From: Lophium mytilinum
Taxonomy: Eukaryota
Reading direction: 5' to 3'
DNA: 64,000 nucleotides
NCBI GenBank assembly: GCA_010093605.1
Contig: MU004190.1
Span: forward strand, 744,001-808,000
Shown: positions 12,312 to 25,673 of the stretch, piece after piece
Layout: each line of letters opens with the position of its first letter
Numbering within the stretch: position 1 is the stretch's first letter
Made by a program: the position numbers and the translations under genes
Notes under the pieces: model-generated
The model's database searches: none
Seen by the model: only the letters and a program-made list of their open reading frames with translations
What the model was told of the DNA's origin: nothing

Positions 12312-14799
12312 TTCTCCCCTTCTAGATCTAATTTACTATTAAATTATGTTTATAATAGTATGTTGCGCTTACTACTTTATACTATGCGCTATTAGTATAT
12401 TAGGCTATTAGCTTCTTTAGAAGCTTTAAAGCTTCTAGGGGTATATAATACTATAAGAGGTGCGTTAGCAGGCGGTAATATTATAGTAATATGCCCGAGA
12501 GGGGTTTAGAATTCTTTAGAGGCCTACTGCTATATTAGTAGAGGGGATAATAAAGGTATTAGGATATTTAATAGCTTAATAGTAAGGAAGAATTAGAAGA
12601 GATTATAAAGTGTTTATAATAGAGGGAATTATAAGGTAATATAAATATTAGCATGCTAGCGCGCATTAGGTTCTAATGCGCAATTAGAGCTATAATAGCT
12701 AATAATAGGCTTATTAGAGATCTTATAAAGTCCCTTATAATCTAGTAAGAAGCTTATAATCTTATATAGGTTTAAGAAGCTGTTAGTGCATTATAGAGCA
12801 GTAAGTAGTAATCTAGAAGTAATAGATTTAAGAATCTAGAGTATATATAAGGCCTTCTTAACACTCTTACACTCTTTCTTCTATACTTAACTTTCTTCTT
12901 TAAGGTTTAAGCTTCTCTTAGCTTTAAAGGTTTATTAAAGACTCTTATAGCTTCTCTTCTTATTACTATTATCTTTTCTTTATTAATTCTTTTATTAGGA
13001 CTCTCTCTCTCTTAGCTTCTAGGCTACTTCTTCTTACTCTAAGTTAGCGTTATAATATTACTTAATATCTAGCTAGGTTCTACAGCCTCTAGCTTGCTCT
13101 ATAGAAGAGGTAGAGATAATAGAGGTAATAATTCTTTAGACCCTAGCTATAGTTGTAAGATTCTACGCTCTTATAAATTCTTAGGTATCTTAGCTTATAA
13201 AGCCTTATAGGCCTATAATAAGTTTCTAATAATAGTTTAGCTCTTTCTCTTAATAAAGCTAATAAGATCTAGTTACTATTATACTTATATTAATTATTAA
13301 CCTTCTAATAGTCTAGAGGTTCTATAATCTATGCTATGCATAGCTAATAGCCTTTAATAACTCTATTCTACTTTCTTAAGCCTTCTAATGCTACGCTGTA
13401 GCTTCTAATTATCTAAACTATACTAAATACCCCCTAAAGTTTAAAGGTAGTAGTAGAGCTTAGAGGAATATACTACTTTAAGAGTTCCTTAGCAATATTA
13501 GAGATAATAAACTAATTTTAAATAAGAACTATAGCTATAATTTACGCTTTATAGGGCTTCTTAAATAGTATTTAGGCTTAAGAGTAGATTATAGTAAGAA
13601 TTCTAGGGCTTCTCCTGCCTTTAGAGCCTGCAACTACTGCTTAAAAATATTCTTAGAAGGCTGTTAGTTTAGCGAATATATTTAGGCTTATAATCTAGAT
13701 AGTTCTCCTCTCTACTAAGGATTCTGTATAGAATGTTATTAGTAGAGTAGTAAGGGGACTTATTTATTCTAAGGTAAGTTTAGCTTTACTTTTAGAGTAT
13801 CTTAGAACTTAGCTAATACCTATTATAGAAGGATAGACTCTAATAGCTTATTAGAAGACTACTAGGGCTTACATTTAATAAGGTTACTATAATATTACTA
13901 AGTTTATATCTTCTCTTTGCGACTAAGAATCTCTTAAGAACCTAGCTAAGAATATAGTGCGCTTAGCCTTAGCTATATAGCTGCTAATAGAATTAATTTA
14001 AAGGAAGACTACTATACTACTATATAATCTAGATATTTCTTATACTTCTAAATCTCTAATAGCTTAATATTACCTATAGGGCTCTAGTAGTACTTCTACT
14101 TAGGCTTCTAGTTTAAGATCTAGCTTCTAGTAATTATCCGCAGCTGCATTAGGTTTAGAAAATACGGCTGCTTTAGGTTCTAGCACTTAAGGTTTAAGGT
14201 AATACTCCCTAACCTCTTCTACTTAGCCTTTAACTTCTCTAACTTCTTTAACCTCTTATTATTCTTCTTTAAGTTCTCTATAGCGCTTCTAAGAGCCTAC
14301 TCCTAATATACTATTAAGCCGCCGCTTATTCTAGTTATCTATTAGTAATAATAATAACTCTACTAGAGAGACCCCTCTAAACTCTACTTAGTGTTAGATA
14401 GGCTCTTTAAATACTATTCTCTAGAAGAACAGGGCTAGCAAGCATAGCTAAAATATATTAACTTAGAGCGCGCCTCTAAAACAGCCTTAGAAGGATAATA
14501 ATAGCTATTCTAGTAGTAGTAGTAGCTATAGAAGTTCTAGTAGAAGGAGTCCTAGTAGTAAAATAGCTACCTAGAAGAACTAAGAGTATATTAGCTTAGC
14601 TAGTATTAATAGAAAAGCGTTAATTTTCCCTTCCCTTCTAGATGTAAGAAGGGTTAAGTGCAATAAAAGTATAAGCTTAGCTTAGTTAATCTCTAATATA
14701 GGTTCTTAAATTTATTATCTTTTTAATTCTCTAAAGATAAAATATGGCTAAATAAGTAATAATAAAGAATTAAACGCTTGAATCTAAATTAATAAAGGA

Positions 14800-17700
14800 A
14801 ATCTAGGTAATAAATATATAGAGTTCTTCTAACACTCTATTAGCTTAGAATAGAAGCGCTATTTAAGCTCTCTTGCGCTTTCTTCCGCGTAACTCTATAT
14901 TAAGAGCTTAGGTAGGTTGTATTATAGGTGCATTAAAATTGCTATCTAAATCTAACTTATAATTACTGCTAGCATTCTTATTATCTTTAATATCTATTAT
15001 GCTAGCATTACTGCTGGAGGAGCTCTCTAATTAAATATTAGAGTTAGTATTCTTATCTAAGGACTTATTATTTATGCGCATTTTAGTATCCTTAGCTCTT
15101 AAGTTAATCCCTTTATCCTGTAGCTCTATAGTATTATTAGTTTAAATAATAGCATTACCCCTCGGCTATATAATAATAGTATCCCTATTATACTTATTAT
15201 TATCTTAGTGCGCAGCATTAGATAATTAGATAGCAGCATTTACACTCTTAGGTGTTCTATTACTATCTTAAGCTATTTCTAATAGTTTCCTATTATTAGC
15301 ATCTATGGCTAGCACTAATGCATTATTAGGTTATTCTATAGGTGCTGCGTAATTACTAGTTCCCTGCAGAATATTAAGCTTATCTTAACTTATCTCCGGC
15401 TTATATATATAAACTTCCTAATAGATATTTATAGTAGTCTTGCCTACATCTTTATATTATATAACTATAAAGCTAGTAACCTATACTAGTATAATAGTTA
15501 ATTAACCCTTCTTAGGTTTCTTTTTCTTAGTAGCCTATTAGTCTCTCTTAAGAACTCTCTCTTTAAAATCTCTTAGTATTTAATATAGCTTTAGTTTAGG
15601 CAGTTTCTAAGCATTCTTCTCCCCTTTCTAGAAGAGCTCCGCGCCCTTATACTGCTATTTTAATTAATACTTAGTAATCTTCTAATTCTATTCTACTTTA
15701 GAAATTATAGTAAACTTAGACTATAGCTTTCTATTAGCGTTGTCTGCATCTAATACATCCGCGATAGCGTTATTACTAGGTTTAACTTCTTCTTAATATG
15801 TAGCACGCTCTTTATTAGTATTATTAAAATCCTCTTAGTTCTAAAGTGCTTAGTTATCTTCTAATACATTATTAGAATATTCTAAGCTATATTTAGGGTC
15901 TTCTTAGTTCTAAAACTTTATATAAGCATTAATGCGTGCATTTACTAACCTATCGCCGTAAATAAGGTTCTTTAATACTTAATTAGTAGGCGTTTAAAGT
16001 ATATAGGTACTAAGAGGATAAGTAGTAATAATCTTAAATAGACTAAACTATTTTGCTCTAAATTTCCTCTTAACCTTATTTTAAAGGAGTACCTAGAAAC
16101 TAATCTTTTATTAAGTAACTAGGTGCTTCTTAGATAGAGGTTATAGATCCTATAGGCCTGCTATAATTACTTTCTTTAGTAGCTAATCTTCTACTAGTGC
16201 GCGCGCGTGTTAAACTTTCCTAATGCGGGCTAAATAATACTCTAATTTAGCTTCTTTATCTGCAGTCTTATTAAGAGCCAGTACTAAAGTATTATTAGGT
16301 ACTTAAGGACATCTACTATATATAAGGTAGTAGGGAGTATAGCTATAGAAGGTATTCTAAGTATATATTATATATACTATAGCCGGCAACTAGGTATTCT
16401 ATATAGCTATATCTTAATTAATTATTAGCTTTATAAGGATATTCCCTAAGACTCTATTAAGCCTCTCTACCTTACTGTTTATCTAAGGGTAATACGGCGT
16501 TATAATATTATAGTAAGTCTTAATAAGCTTTTATAGTGCTGTAATAACTTTAGAAAGAAAGTTTAAACTATTATTAGAAGTAAACGCTGCTAGGGGTCTA
16601 TACTAGTAGTAGATTCTTTTATAGATAAATATTACTATAGTCTTAGCTTAAGTATTAGAAAGCGCTGCAGCTTTAGGCCAACCTATAGTGTAATTAATGG
16701 CAGTAATAATCTAGTAATTTCCGTGGATTAATTATAGTAATCTACTAATTAAATTAATGCCCTATTTATTAAATAGATCTTAATCTTTAACCTAATAAAA
16801 TATTAGTTTATAAATAATCTTTCCCTTCTACACTAGCTAGCATAAGGTATACTTGTAAGCGTATTTATTAGTATTATAACTTATTATTGGCCACTAGCTG
16901 TATACTTGCAGGGCCTCCTGCATGCCGCAGTATATAAAGTGGCCTAGCCGGTGGGTTCTATTAAGAACCTATTAATAATAGAAAGGTGTAATATATAGTA
17001 TAGTATTCTTAAGGGTATATAAATCTAGATTACTATTAGGTTTATAGAAGTAATAGCGTAGTTCTTCTTTTAGAATTATAAAGTTCTAATATAGGGACGG
17101 ATGGATTCTTTAGTAGTAAAGCTGGTATTATTTTAATTTAGCCTTTAATAGCTGTTTAGAGAGAGTAGGCTTAAGGCCTATTATAAGAAACTTCTTTAAA
17201 TCTTTAATATACTCTATATTAGGATCTTTATTCTTAGAGAGGGCTATAAGGTGTTCTTAGGCGAAATTAGGGCGCCTACTAATTATGTCCGGCACTATTA
17301 TAAGGGCTTCTAAGTAATACTATATTATAGGGTTATACTACTAGAAATTCTTAATCTATTAAGTAAGCCTCGGTGAGGCTTTCTTAGTGGTTTATAGGTA
17401 TTGTAATAAGTAGTAATTAGTTATAATTATTAATTCTTTCTCTTAAATGTAGTATTGCTAAATTCTAAGCGCTTCTTTAATCGCTAGAAGTTCTTTTTTA
17501 TAAACTAGATAGTTTAATTTGGCTTTATTAAGCTTCTAACTGTTAAACGCAATAGGGTGCTACTTGCTATCTTCTCCTTGTTAGAGAAGGACTATTCTAA
17601 TAGCAAAATTAGAAGCGTCTATTTTAATCTAAAAGGGCTTTAACTAGTTAATAAGGGCGAGCACAGGGCGTTTAATAAGCTTTCGCTTAAGGAAGTTAAA

Positions 17701-20700
17701 AGTAATTTAACAGCTAACGTTCTATATAATAGCTTAGTACTTTTTCTTTTATATTGCGGCGTTGCTTTTCTTTAGAAGCTTATAGAGAGGTGCTAATATA
17801 TAGGCAAAGTTCTTAATAAACTTTTAATAGTATATTGCTAGTCTAATAAACTATTAGACCTTATAGATATTAGTAGGAATAGGCTAATACTAAATAGCGT
17901 CTAGTTTATTAGTTATTAGTTTTACGGTTCTGTAAGAAACTATATAGCTATAGAACTTAATAGTTTCTTAAGCAATTAAGTACTTATTAGTTTTAGTAAA
18001 TAGTTGTTCCTTTCTAAGAGCTTTAAATAATAATTAGAGGTAGTTAAAATACTCTTCTAATATTTCTAAAAACACTATAATATCGTCTATATAGATAAGC
18101 ATAAATTAATATAGGTATAGTTATAAGGTGTTATTTATAATAGCTTAAAAGGTGGCAGGAGCGTTGCAGAGACTAAAGGGTATAACTAGGAATTTAAATT
18201 TCCCTTTAATTGTGTTAAAAGCAGTCTTATAGATGTCTAATTAATAAATGCGCAGCTAGTAATATCTAGAGGTTAAATTAATCTTAGTAAAGAACCTAGC
18301 CTTCCTGAATAACTATAGGCAGTTATTAATGCGTAGTAGAGGGTAGGTATTCTTCTAGGTTACTAGATTAAGTGCTCTATAGTTAATATATATTTACTAC
18401 TTACTATTTAGCTTTAGAATAAAAAGAACTAGAGATCTCTAGGCACTAATAGACTCTTAGATAAGGCCCTATTCTAGCAGCTTATAGATCTATTAGGTCT
18501 ATTCTTCTATTTAATAATATAAGAGGTAGTATGCAGTATTATTTACTGGCTTTATATCTCTAGTATTAATTAGATAGTTATATCTGCGCTTAGGCGGTAG
18601 AATGTTAGAGAGGATGTTATAGAAATAAGGTTTATACTCTTTAAGAAGCTCTTAGAACTTCTCTTATATAGGAGTAGTAATATAATTAATTAGGGGTAAT
18701 AAATTCTTATCTTTTAATAGCGGATTGGTGCCAGGTTATAGTATCTAATCCGGCGTTAGTTTATTAGAAGCTTTTACAATATAAAGGTAAGTGGAATTAA
18801 GCTTATCTACTAAGAGCCTCTTATACTCCTAATAGGATATTATATTAATAAAACCCTAGTGTTTTAGTTTAGAGAGACTAAGGTCTATAATAGGGCTTAA
18901 TATATTAAGCTAATAAGCTACCGGTTTAATCTTTAGGTTGCGGCTAACCTGCGTTTGCAAGGTAATGGAATTAGTAAAGAAGTTAATAATAGCTTAGTAT
19001 TACTGCAGCCAGGTTATACTAAGGATGTATTAATACCCTTTAAGGTCTAGAATATGTGCAGTTAGAGTACCTAATAGCGTATAGATCTTAAATAGAATCT
19101 CTAAGGCTTTTATACTAATTATAGTTGCATCTAAGAGGAGTTTAACTATCTTAGGGGCTATTATTTTAATATTCTTTAGCTAATATTAAGTATGCTTTAA
19201 TAATATGTAGACGGAATTAGCGCTATAGTTAATTAAGAAGGTAGTCCTTTTCTAATAGTTAGACGGTCCTAAAGTTCCCTTATATTCTAAAAGATATTTA
19301 CCTAGGGAGTTAAGGTAGTAGATTCTTTCTTCTATTAATTTAATAACGATTTAGTTAGAAGGATTATTAAAGGGCGGCTAATCCTTTTCTATTATAAGTT
19401 TATAAAAAGTAGAAGTCTTGTCTTTTAGGTTAGTTAGTTGCTCTAAGGCTACTAACCCTTCTAGTTTTCTAACGGCTTCTTAGCTAGCTAAGTATAGTTG
19501 CGTTTAATATAGCCCTTCTTACTATAATTATAGTACTTACGTGTGTTAGTATTCTATTAAGTAGTACCTTTACTGCGTCCGCTACAGCCTTAACCGCGTT
19601 CTTAAGATCTAGTAGTATTTCTACCTTTAAAGGCGTTAAGTTTAGCGTTATCTTTAGTGTCTAGATATTTATATTTATTAGGATTAATATTAGTTTCTTA
19701 GAAGTAATTATTATCTAATTCTTTATTAGCCCTAGAGATAGCATTAAGGCGGCCCTAATAGTCTCTTGTTCTCTTATACTAGGAGATTTAATACTTATTA
19801 GTAGTAGCGACCTACGCCATCTATTTATTAAAATTAGGAGGGGCCTACGCTTAGGCGTTAATATGAAACTTAAGGCTAGGTTTTAAACCTGCGCGGGCAC
19901 GTTAATATACTTTAAGATTAGATAGAGCTATATTAAGAGGGTATATATAAGTAGCCCTAATAAGCTTATTAAAGAACTAATAAGTACTAGTTATCTATAC
20001 TATTTTATTAAAGCGGTATTAGCGTTGCTCTAGTATATCCGCGCTCTTATAGTGGCGGCTAAAGGTAGTAAAGAACTAATCTAATGTAGTAAACTTAGTA
20101 TTACCTTAGTAGTACTGTTAAATATTTTAGTTTTATTAAACGGCCATAGTTCTAGCTGTATAGCTGCCGGCCAGCTAAATCTTTTAAGTTTCCGGCATCT
20201 ACTAGTAAACCTATTAATAGGCGTCTGCTTATATAGTAATAAAGTTACGCATCTAAACTATCTAGATAGGGTACGCATTATTATTAACTTTACCTAACTA
20301 TATAGCGGGAGTCCTTATAAGGACTTTAGGTAGCGCTATTAAATAAGGTTCTCTTATAGCTAATATTCTCTTAAAGGCTTATTAAAGCTCTTATATAGTT
20401 TATTCTAATACAGGCTTATTATAGTCTAGCATTAGATAATCTAAGGGAGCGTTAGATAATAGACTCTAGAAGTTAGTAGCACTCTAAGAAGTAGGCTACT
20501 ACTAGGGGTTATCTAATATATTCTTAATACGGGTATAGTAATTAGGGACTATAGCTTATAGCTGCCCTAGTATAGTAGCCTGCTACTATTATATAGAAGG
20601 AGCTAATATAGAACTAAAGAGTTCTAGTTTCTAGTAATCTATTATATACTCTATTATAGGGGCTTAGAAGTATTAATAGCTATCTAAAGAAGGCGTAAAT

Positions 20701-20960
20701 AATAGCCCTTAATAGGTAAGCCCTAGATTATAGGCTAGGGCACTACTGTAAATAATTAGAGGACCTTAAACTAGTAGCTTAACGGGTTCTAGAGTAGCGG
20801 CCTGCTTAGCCTATAAGGCTAATATTAGGTTAGATAGATTATAAAATATAGTGCTAAACTAAGAGAGCCTTTAGAAGAGTCCTTAAAGGTTAGAAGGTAA
20901 TCTATTAGAATAATAATATCTATTACTAGATATAAAAGGAAGCTAAGGGTTATAGGACAT
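14800..20960 (-). pseudogene. RIP-inactivated gag-pol (ends approximate)
   Basis: De-RIP zinc knuckle CYNCGKKGHIKRNC at about 19494-19535. Intact RT LIYIDDIIVF at about 18070-18100. Integrase TPY(H)P(Q)(T)N(G)KVERLN at about 16455-16500 and a GPF-type motif at about 16030-16050. Confidence 0.85.
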
Positions 20961-21631
20961 CTAAGGATAAGAAAGAGTAGAAAAGAGTTAACGACTGCAA
21001 TATAATTAAAGTAAAGAGTAAGAAAAGGGTGCTAAGATAGTAATGTTAAGTTTTTTTCTTAAATGCTTTTTAATATCCTGTTAGAGAGGGAGGATTCTTA
21101 GAAGGACTTCTCTGCCTTCTTCTTATAATTAACTTATAAGGATTTCTAATTGCTATATAATTATTAGGCTCCATTAAGCTATAATATTATTCTTCTCGCC
21201 GTCCTGCTATTAATCTTGCTTCGGTAGCTAATAGGACGCGTAGTTAGTTGCGTAGAAGTGTTAAAAGGGATAGGAAAATCCCGCAGTAATATTCTAGCTA
21301 AGGGCTCTTTAGACCTATACTGTTTAATTTTTATAAGGATATTTATAATAGGCGGTTATACTATAACGCCGGCCTAATACTAATTAGGGGCTATTATTAA
21401 TAGTTGTTATTAATCGCTAATTAGGTTAATTTTTAGAAACCGTTAATACGGCTTAGTATTATTATAATAATCTAAAAATTCTACTAATTATAGGAGCTAA
21501 TGTCTTCTATTATTACTAAGGGTTAATTATAAGAATATAGCCTTAGCTAGCTCTATACTATTAAGTTTAAGGATCTAATAGCCCTCTAAGGAGGCCTTAG
21601 AGGCGGCTAGAACTGCAACTAAGCTACTAGA

Positions 21632-21836
21632 TATAATATTTCTAATTATATAATATAAGAATTTAGAGAATAATAGATATTAATTCTATATAGGAATCTA
21701 GCTAGGCTATATATATATTGGGGAGGCCTATATAGGCCTTAATTACACTAGATCTATATAGAAAAGCGTTCCTATAGTAGATCTATATATTACGTGCACG
21801 ACATCTAAATATCAACCGTATATTAAGAATTCCACA
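21632..21836 (-). repeat. 5' LTR of Gypsy element
   Basis: Direct repeat of 12107-12311. Confidence 0.92.
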
Positions 21837-22297
21837 TGCAGAGATACCACAAAGAGCAGCTCTAAAAAGAACGAACCATTCAGTCCTAAAGCGGTTATTA
21901 GTATAGAGGCCAGCAGCGTAGGGTGCGTATCCCAGCGTTCCAAATAGCAGCGCTCCCTTAATGCCAATGTATCTTACGAGCACACTCGAAAAGAGGCAAC
22001 CCAAGATCATCAAACAAAACGTGAGTGCGTTAGCGGAATTGATTAGATGCGGCGATGCAGCGCCACCCGCTCCAAGCGAGTTCATGGCACCCCATATTCC
22101 GGGTGCGGCGAAGTTGCAGAGGCCGAGAATGGTGATGTTGTAGAAGGTCGAGCGGTACCATTTTGCTTCAATCGGGTTAGCTTAGTCGCAATGACGGAAG
22201 TCGCTTCGGGGAACTTACTAGGGTGCGATCTATCCTCAAGCTGGGCATCGTCTCGAACGTGAGAGTCGGACTCTCGAGACTCTAAGGGAGTTCCCAT
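21837..22297 (-). pseudogene. 5' part of the interrupted UNC-93-like MFS transporter gene
   Basis: MGTPLES..., one intron (GTAAGT..GCTAAC..AG), then KWYRSTFYNITILGLCNFAAPGIWGAMNSLGAGG...ALCGISA, which joins GVFW across the TSD. Confidence 0.88.
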
Positions 22298-22954
22298 TTT
22301 GACATAGATAGAGCTGATGGCTCAATTAAAAAAATGGACCAACGCTGTTAGCCTCTTCCGAAACTAAACTGGTAACCAAAGGCAACAAACAGCTCAGTAG
22401 ATCTTTGGGTAGAACTTGAAGCTCGAGATACCCTGCACTTCAATTGAACTCTATGGTGCTGCTGTTGAATATATACACAGCAGATGTCATACACGCCACA
22501 GACGTTTAGCGAAGTCTCTGTCACACGAAGAATGTGCCAGGGACTGCACAGCAATCGCAGGGGTGTGAGCACGCAAGTATCGCGACATATCGAGCAAGCC
22601 CACAAGCCATGCGACCGTGTTCCGGCAGCTAAGCACGGAATATTCTCCCATCTGCTACCCTTGTACGAGCAAATGCCGAGATATGCCCATTCGCCGTAGT
22701 AGTTGTTTCAGCGTGAATAAACTGCAGTTGAGGTCTAGACCATCACGCCAGGAATATGTTTGACATTCAGCGCTTAAAAGCTCCCTCTTGTCTAAATAGG
22801 CGCAATCATGAGCCAGAAAAACCGAAAGAGTATTAGAGTTTCGAATGCAATATCAAAAATGCACATGTGAAAGTAATCTCGAAGCACTCATAAACATCGA
22901 GTCTCCCAATCTTGCAGCACAATCCGTGAGCCTGGTAGCCGGGTTCAGAGTGCA

Positions 22955-24848
22955 TCAAGGCAGGTCCCACCAGCTTTCATGGAGATCCTTCACATTGATC
23001 TCTGATGGCAGCTTCAAATATGTCGTCAAATCGGCGCCCGGTTCAGTCTCACGCTTTGTATAGCCATTGCCAAAATACGCGAACCTGTTCCCGCTGTCGG
23101 TAACATACTCGTACTCCCAATCTTCCCATCTTGGATCACGACGAACGATGGTGATGTGTGCTGCACTGCCGGGCCATAGTCCGTGGATCCGGGCCCCTGG
23201 TCTACCACCGTTGTTCCAGGAGCTGCAATTGTCCGTAAGGACTGTTTTGGGAAAGAAAGCATCCGAATATTCGATGAAGTCATCCGCAGCTTTCTTGCTA
23301 GGAACGATGGTCTTGATGCCTTGCGATGAGACCTTTCGGAGGAGCTTAGCATGATAAGCGAGCTGAGTCTCCACGCTATGTGGCACTGTGCCGGAAGGCC
23401 CAGTGGCATGTGCGCCTGCGAGGATCAGAAGGTTTGGAAACCCTGGCGTGGCAAGTCCGAGATAGGTGTAGGGAAACCCAAACACGCCTCCGGGCCTCCA
23501 TGCATCCTTCAGGTCAATTCCGCGCGATTTCACAGAGAAGGGTGGTGCGAGATCAATGTTTGCGCCAGTCGCGCAGAAAATTGCGTCGTATTCGCGTTGA
23601 CTTCCGTCAACGGTCTCGATTCCGGTTTCAGTAAATCGCTTGATCTTGGTTTGGATGAATTCGACATTGTCCTGTATGATGGCTTCCAGGTATCCAGGCC
23701 CAGGGGTAAGACGTCGGCAATGGGGCGCGAAGTCCGGAATGAGACTAGATAATAGACTAGGATCCTTTTCGGTACGCTTCTTCATGATCTCGATGAATTG
23801 CTCTCTCATGCCTGCATTCTCTTCCGAGCCTCTTAGCATCGCCTTGAATCGCCTCCAGTACTTGACTTCGAGCTCTTTTCGGAATTTGAGATACGTCTCC
23901 GGGTCTTTGAATGATTCACGTTGCTCCTCCGGATATGGTTGTGGGCCGTCCACTCTCTCGTCTCCGGCCCATGAAGTTGCAATCCACGTAGGGTTTCGAG
24001 CGTAGTGGCCTACATGCTTCGCCGTCTTCTGCAAAGCCGGTGTCACCTGAATGCCGCTAGCTCCATTTCCAATAACGGCGACGGTCTTTCCCGCAGGCTC
24101 AAACGTGGTATCCCAATTCGAGGTGTGTCGCAGGAGACCCTTGAAGTCGTTGATTCCCGGATAGTCTGGGAGCTTCCAACGATTGAATCGTCCAATGGCC
24201 AAGATAACAAAATCGAACTTCTCGATGGAAGTCTTGTCAGTCTGCAGGTCACGCACCTTGACCACCCAGCTAGACTCCTTCTCTTCCCATTCTGCATCTT
24301 CGACATAACTTCCAAGCTTGATGTAGCGATAAACATCATGTTTGCGAGCTTGGGCTTGCCAGTAGTCGCGGATTTCCGGGCCTTGCGCGAACTGCTCCGA
24401 CCACTGCGTGTTTGGCGAGAATGTGCTCTGGTAAACGTGGGCTGGAATATCGCAGCGAACTCCAGGATAAACGTTTTCAAGCCACGTGCCACTCTATATG
24501 TTCAAGACAAGATAGTTAGAGACAGTCTTGAGGGCGATAAGCAAGGCTGAATCGTACCACATCCTGATTCTTCTCGAAGATACTCAGGTCAATGCTGGGA
24601 ACCTTTGCTGGCAATAGAATACCGGCTGTAACCCCAGATAAACCTGCTCCAATTACCGCTACTCTCAGCTTCCGTACATCGTCGATGCAGTGGTCCTCAA
24701 GCTTCAAATTGGACTTTGGATAATTCAGCGGCCCGTCTTGGGTTTTTGGCGGGGATGGAAGAATGGTCCAGTTGTCAAGTTTCTCTTCCACGGCTTTGAG
24801 ATGTGGCTCTTGCGTCGCCCGGATCGGGTCTTCAAGAGAAGGTGGCAT
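22955..24848 (-). CDS. Baeyer-Villiger / flavin-containing monooxygenase (type I BVMO-like)
   Basis: GAGLSG, GTWLENVYPGVRCDIP, BVMO fingerprint FKGLLRHTSNWD, second Rossmann motif GNGASG, ATG motif. Intron 24494-24557. Confidence 0.92.
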
Positions 24849-25673
24849 CTTCCACTCTTGATTTAGCGAAGCCTATAGTATGAGCTGTACAAATCTAGTT
24901 CCTCTGATTATCGAATCCGCAAGTTCAGAGCGCAAAACCTTTCTCATTCACCACCCAGAATAGCGGCTTGCAAGGTAGTTCAGGAAGTGTCTTACACGAT
25001 GAGAACAAGTTGAGTGTTTTGGCTTTTAGCATTGCCCTTACGTTGGGGTTGATCCTTGGCACCACCGGACGATGGCGAGCACGCCTTTGCCCCACTCGAT
25101 CACCAAAACCACCACTGGTCCACAGCTTATCAGCGACAGACCGGAGACGCCCTAAAATCTACGTGCCGTTGATCGGCCCGCGCGATACGTTCCTAAGGCG
25201 TTCCGTTGGCTCGTCGTGCCGTGCATGGAACTTGACTCTGTCGTATCCTCTCGCATTGCCAATCTGGGCAACCCCACCGACGAGTGATCCTATCCCAGGC
25301 TATTGCTACCAATTGCGTGATACGCGCTCTAACGATCACGTACGACTTGGGGCGTGGAGGCGTTAGTAACGAGTGTCCAAGTCCAGGCTACGATGTCTCC
25401 CACGCGTTTCGTCTATCCACCACCACATCGCGGAGCCTTTTCTTGATGGTAGCATGTCGGTCTTATTTTTTTTTACCTATGCTCGCAGGTCCGCGCCAGG
25501 CTCCGAAGAAAACCCATTTGTGTGGTAGTAAAGGCAGCTTGCGCCATGTCGTGCCATATTGACGATTTGAAGACTCTTCGTCGTATTCTGCACCAGCAAG
25601 GATAAAAGATGTAGTTCTGGAGCTCCCCTCTGCATCAAGTGCATTTCCTTCTTTCATTTCGATTCTTCTCAAT

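Larger units (their letters stand above)
12107..21836 (-). mobile_element. Full-length Ty3/Gypsy LTR retrotransposon, heavily RIP-mutated (9.73 kb)
   Basis: TG...CA ends, 205-bp LTRs, 4-bp TSD cgca (12103-12106) / tgca (21837-21840), polypurine tract at 12312-12326 on the minus strand, RT then RNase H then integrase order, TpA-rich composition. Confidence 0.95.

Noticed and set aside
15750..15920. Chromodomain at the end of the Gypsy integrase
   Set aside because: The in-frame reading lacks a convincing chromodomain pattern and looks like an acidic linker.
21610..21631. Primer-binding site next to the 5' LTR (minus strand TAGTAGC, possibly TGGTAGC)
   Set aside because: RIP ambiguity prevents assigning a tRNA primer.
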